This document shows positions 59,690 to 64,000 of a stretch of 64,000 nt of DNA, in pieces. The stretch lies in assembly GCA_013265495.1 (NCBI GenBank), contig MU058824.1, positions 4,803,111-4,867,110 on the forward strand, in the 5' to 3' direction. Each line of letters starts with the position of its first letter. Positions within the stretch are counted from its first letter, which is position 1. Both the position numbers and the translations under genes were made by a program. The notes under the pieces are model-generated. The model was not told the origin of the DNA and searched no databases. It saw only the letters and a list, made by a program, of their open reading frames with translations. This DNA is from Vicugna vicugna (Eukaryota).

Positions 59690-60560
59690 AGGGGCGGAGG
59701 GCGCAAAGGACGCGGCTGTACGAAAGACACTAACCCCCGCCCGCACCCCGCAGTCGCTCGGCTGGGTGCTGGGCGGCCGCGTCCAGAGATGTGGGAACGA
59801 TGATTACTGGGCGCGAGTCAGCTGAGGGGGTGTCTCCCAAGGGACAGTTTGAGGAGACCGTTGGGGTGGACCTGGGGTGACACCCAAAAGGATGGTTGGT
59901 CCTGGGTGTTTGAGGGTTCAGTAGGCGGCGGAGTGAAGGCTTAGGACAAGGAATGACGATGAGGCTGCTCCAGAGGGTCGGAGAGAACAGAAGGGTGGGC
60001 TGAGGGGACGAGGGGAAGGGCTGAGGAGAAGGGTGGGGGCGCTAAGGGCTGGATAGATGGGCAGACTGAGGGCTTTTCTCCTAAAGTATCATTTGGAACG
60101 TGAGGGCAGTGGGTCTCCGGGACCCCGCCCGCCCTCGAAGAGGCGTCTTACCTTGTTTCTCGCCTCAGCGCGGTCGGCGGCGTAGTCTCGCGCCCTCCAG
60201 GGGTCGCGTTGCAGCGGATAAGCAGGCGTTTCCCTTCTCTCCAGACAACTTGGTAACGCCCGGCCCCCCTGCAGCTTTTAGCGCCGATGGTTCAATCTGG
60301 GAGTGCCCTCCGGCAGCCCCTCGGCACCGCCCGCGGTTGGGTCTGCTGGGCCAGCGGGTGCTCGCCCACCTCCCCGGCTCCGGCTGCGGTGGGCGCAGCG
60401 AGTCACGCGCAGTGCTTTCCCGCGAGGGAAGCGGCGACGCTTTGGCCGTGGCCCCGCCTTCTGCGGCCGGCGCCCCGCCCCTTCGGGGTGGTACGAGGCG
60501 AAGCTGAGGTCGTGTGTGCTGGAACCAAGACAACCCGCGGGCGCAAGCCTCCTGGCCCGG
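59690..60560. promoter_or_regulatory. CpG island, main RUSC2 promoter
   Basis: Sharp rise in GC and CpG density; GC boxes GGCCCCGCCT (~60450) and CGCCCCGCCC (60471-60480). Confidence 0.88.
60152..60410 (-). other. RUSC2: RUSC2 non-coding exon 1 (5' end approximate)
   Basis: Strong donor AAG|GTAAGA at 60152/60151 within the CpG island, oriented toward the exon 2 acceptor 38 kb away. Confidence 0.75.
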
Positions 60561-60765
60561 TGGAAGGAAGGAAAGTAGCGAAGTCTCTGCCTAGCACCCC
60601 AGTAGAACCTCTTGAGAAAAACAGATAAACAAAACTAAAGCCTGACTAATGGAACCAAAATCCCTGGGGTGGGTTGGAGAAGCGGTTGGGTGGTGCCCAG
60701 GATTTGGTATCTTTAAAAGCACTCCAGACATAGCCAGAGTTATAAAGCCTGGTAAAACCTAGAAC

Positions 60766-61516
60766 GGACAAAGACGCTCTCTTTTGGCCAAAAATTTAGT
60801 CAGGCTTTTCTGAGTCTGCTCCTCAACCAGGCTCAGCCTTGGGCTTCCCTCTCTGTCCTTTTAGAATCCAGTTTGAGCAAGGATCCTTCTAAATCAGTTT
60901 ATTGAAAATTCTCGACACTTAGATCTGACCACCCTCGGTATTTTATCACCTTGGCTTGCCTTCAGCAAGAATTCTCTTGAGTCAGTCTACCAAGAATCCC
61001 CCTTACCCCTGATGTTTCTTCTTAGTAATTGCTATAATGATGTCTCTCCAAAATTCTTAGGCTGAAATCCTAACCCCCCCAAAGATGATGGTATTAGTAG
61101 GTGGGGCCTTTGGGAGGTGATTAGGTCCTGAGGGTGGAGCTCACATGATTAAGATCAGCAGTTTTATAGGAAAGACCTCACAGCTCCCAAGCCCAATCCT
61201 ACAGGTGAGAAAGTCTGTGACAAGAGAGAACTTAGCGAACATTCTGGCACCTTCGTCTCAGACAGCCTCCAGTCTGTGGTGTTTCATTATAGCAGCTGAA
61301 AACAGACCAAGGCTGTAATTTTCCACCAACTCACCCCTACCTGTGACTCCTTGGCTATGAATTGCCACTTGTCTTTGTTGGGGTCTGAGTTGAGCTCAAT
61401 CTCTCCCCCACTGCAAGACCCCATTGCAGTGGTCCCTATATTTACTGCCATGGTCCCTCCCTTAAAGTCTGTCTTACCATCTTTAACAAGTGTCATGAAT
61501 AATTTTTTTTGTAACA
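60766..61516 (+). mobile_element. ERV1 solo LTR (MER31-like) with 4-bp TSD GAAC
   Basis: GACAAAGAC.CTCTC.TT..CCAAA..TTTAGTCAGGCT start and ...TAACA end; GAAC at 60762-60765 and 61517-61520. Confidence 0.75.
61030..61314 (+). mobile_element. MaLR (MLT1A/MST-like) LTR nested in the ERV1 LTR
   Basis: TGCTAT...GGTATTAGTAGGTGGGGCCTTTGGGAGGTGATTAGGTC; 5-bp TSD GTAAT at 61025-61029 and 61315-61319. Confidence 0.8.
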
Positions 61517-64000
61517 GAACTCATGTGCTTCCTGCTCCTAGGCAGGGTATATGTGGGACACTGAGGATTCTGTTCTCTTTCTATCCAGAAAAGACTGGGG
61601 CAGGGGGGCAGGTGGTCATTCAACAGATAGTTATTAGAACCCCCACTGGGTTCCATTCTTTGTGAAAGAGTTAGAGACTGAGACCCTGTGCTCTAGGCTC
61701 ACAGGCTTGCTAGGTCACAGTCAAGGAAGCAGATACATGTCATACTGTATAACACATCCTGAGGCTTCACAGAGGTTGTGTGAGCTAAGCTTCGAAAAAC
61801 GAGTGGGAGATAAAGGGTGTGGGGGAATCAGCATGTGCAAAACAACAGAAAGACAAATAACAGATCTGATTGAGATATGGTATGCAGTGGAGAGAGGACA
61901 GCAGAGATGTCCGGGGTGTGATGATGAAGGGCCTTCCATGACATACTAAGGAGTTGGGACTCATCTGGTGAGCAGTGGAGAGATGCTTTATGTGGAGACA
62001 GGTATGGTATATCAAATATGAATTTTAGAAATAAAATTCGGGGAGCAAAGTGGATAGGGCTAGGACTGGCCAGGGAGACAAATGAAACACTGCATGTTTG
62101 TGCAGTTAAATGGTCTAGGGTGGGGACCTAACCTAAATTAGGCCAACTGGAATCCTTTCCCTGAGAATCTGGAATTGGGGGAGAGAGAACTATACCCTTA
62201 CTCATTTCCGTTATAAGCCTAGTGACTTATAATGGAAATCTGAGAGTGGTGAATGACCATCTTTCACTTGGCAAATGGTCTGAGTAGTAGAGAAAACCAA
62301 TTCCCTAGAAGCATCAATATGTTGCATGGAAAGGACTCAAATCTAGACACAGAGACTACTCTCCAAGCTCTTGGGGCCTTCCAGCAGCTGTTTCCATTTC
62401 TTACTGAGGCCCAGCTTGATTTTTGACCTGAGTTGATGACATTCTTTCATCCATTCATATAGTCTCATTTTTGGCTATAGTGTGGGTTACTTCCTGTTAT
62501 TTGCATTAAAGGATAATTTTCAAAAAGGAAAAATCATGAATTCTATACAAATATAAAATAAATCCATATTAAACTCACTAATTAATGAGAGAGCCAGTAA
62601 GACACTAAGATCAGTTCAAATGAGTATTTGACTTTTAGAGATGTAAATTCTCTACCAGACAAAATTAATTTGCATCACCAGTAACAGGAATCATTTGCAT
62701 TGTTATGGGCAGAAATATCTTACATTATTATCCGTATTTGAGCAGATCTGAACTTTAGAAATCTCATTCTAGTAGGAGTGTGGATACTGAATTAGAGGAA
62801 GGTAAAGAGACCAGTAAGGAGACTGTAGTAATTATGATGAGAAATGAGAGGGTCTGAATTAGGGCAGTGGCTGAGGAGTTATACAAGAGGAGACAGATTC
62901 AGGAGAGGTTTTGGGTATAGAGCTTATAGGACTTAATGATTAATTTCATGTGTCATTGGGGGTGGGGGTAAAATAGATTGAACAATCTAGGATGACACCC
63001 AGGATCCTTCAAATGCTGAGTCTTCTACAAACTCTTTGAATATACCTTAGAAGATTTGGGGCTAGAATTTCAGGGAAATGTTGCAGCTAAGACAATATTC
63101 CCTTGTTTCTCTGTTTCTGGCAGTGATAAAGAAGGTTATTTCCCCTACAAGTTCTTAAAGAAAAAGATGCAGGGTGAGCCAGATGGTCCTGTGACTTCTC
63201 CCTGTCCCTGAGAAGTTGTAGATGAGGAACAAGTATAAACCTGGCCTATGGAAGTTGGAATCACCTCCGTGTTTTTGCTATTGGCAGCTATTCCATCTAG
63301 CTCAAGTAAAAAGATGTCATCACTGAACCCAACTTCAGAAAGCCCCTCACAGGGCACTCTCCTGGAATCAAACAGTGTCTTGTCTGTTTCTCTTTGGACA
63401 TCTGCTTTATTCTTCTTTCTATGTACTAGATACCTTGGCCCACTTATCTCCATACTTATAGCAAGCCATGGCTACTTTAAAATGGAGGACCCTCTTCCTG
63501 AAACTATATGACCTTTTAGCAACCATTCTCATCACTGACTTAGTTTCTTGGAATTCTAATTCCCAGAGAGAGAAGATATATTGGGATTATATATCCACTC
63601 TTGGCCAGTTGTGGCTAGGAGTAGTGGAGTCAATTGGCATAAACATGACCACCTGGACACACTCCATCATCAGGAGCTATGTGGGAAGAGTCAGTAATCT
63701 ATAGATTTAGCACCATTGAGTAAATCAATGGGCTCATTTGATAAACCAGCGCCTGCATCTTCTGTAACCAATCCACAAAGTCCTTTGGTTTTATCTTTAA
63801 AATATATTCTCTATCCATGTCTTTCTTCACTGCTTCCACCCTAGTCTAACCTACTGCAAGAGACTACTTCATGAATTTTCTGGTCATTTTTAGGTAGCAA
63901 TCAGTACTTGTTCCTGTAAGTTTGACTTGAATAATTAAGATTTCTGGACTAATGAAATTATATTTTAAAGTTCAAATTGTAACATTAAAGTGTTCCCATC

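Noticed and set aside
60100..60628. Overlapping Arg/Pro/Gly-rich ORFs in the CpG island
   Set aside because: Stop-codon depletion in GC-rich DNA; mostly non-ATG starts
63130..63780. ORFs near the right end, considered as a possible neighbouring gene such as ATP8B5
   Set aside because: No P-type ATPase-like sequence seen; the DNA resembles an old ERVL-type LTR relic
1..64000. CRISPR array, operon or other novel prokaryote-like system
   Set aside because: No regularly spaced repeat-spacer structure or dense intronless gene cluster; the window is accounted for by two spliced mammalian genes, interspersed repeats and intronic DNA

Overview
Mammalian genomic DNA, very probably camelid, judged from tRNA-Ala-derived SINEs resembling Vic-1 plus L1/L2/MIR/MER/LTR relics. 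Two known protein-coding genes lie tail-to-tail. On the + strand is FAM166B/CIMIP2B: 6 coding exons, 7149-9030, 280 aa by my splice reconstruction. On the - strand is RUSC2 (iporin): 11 coding exons, 21863-9636, 1501 aa by my reconstruction, with a non-coding first exon in a CpG island at ~60.15-60.4 kb and a probable second first exon at ~29.25-29.8 kb. All reconstructed introns are GT-AG and in phase. Most of the remainder is repeat-rich intron or flank, with one 42-N gap. I found no evidence of a wholly new gene system. The most interesting signals are regulatory or structural: overlapping 3' ends where one (AAAT)n tract is a poly(A) signal for one gene and an AU-rich element for the other; a uORF/stop-start cluster at the RUSC2 start; an open in-frame RUSC2 intron; tandem duplicated splice donors in FAM166B; two L1s inserted tail-to-tail into one target site; and several compact TF-motif clusters. 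Repeat family names and human comparisons come from recall, not from a search.
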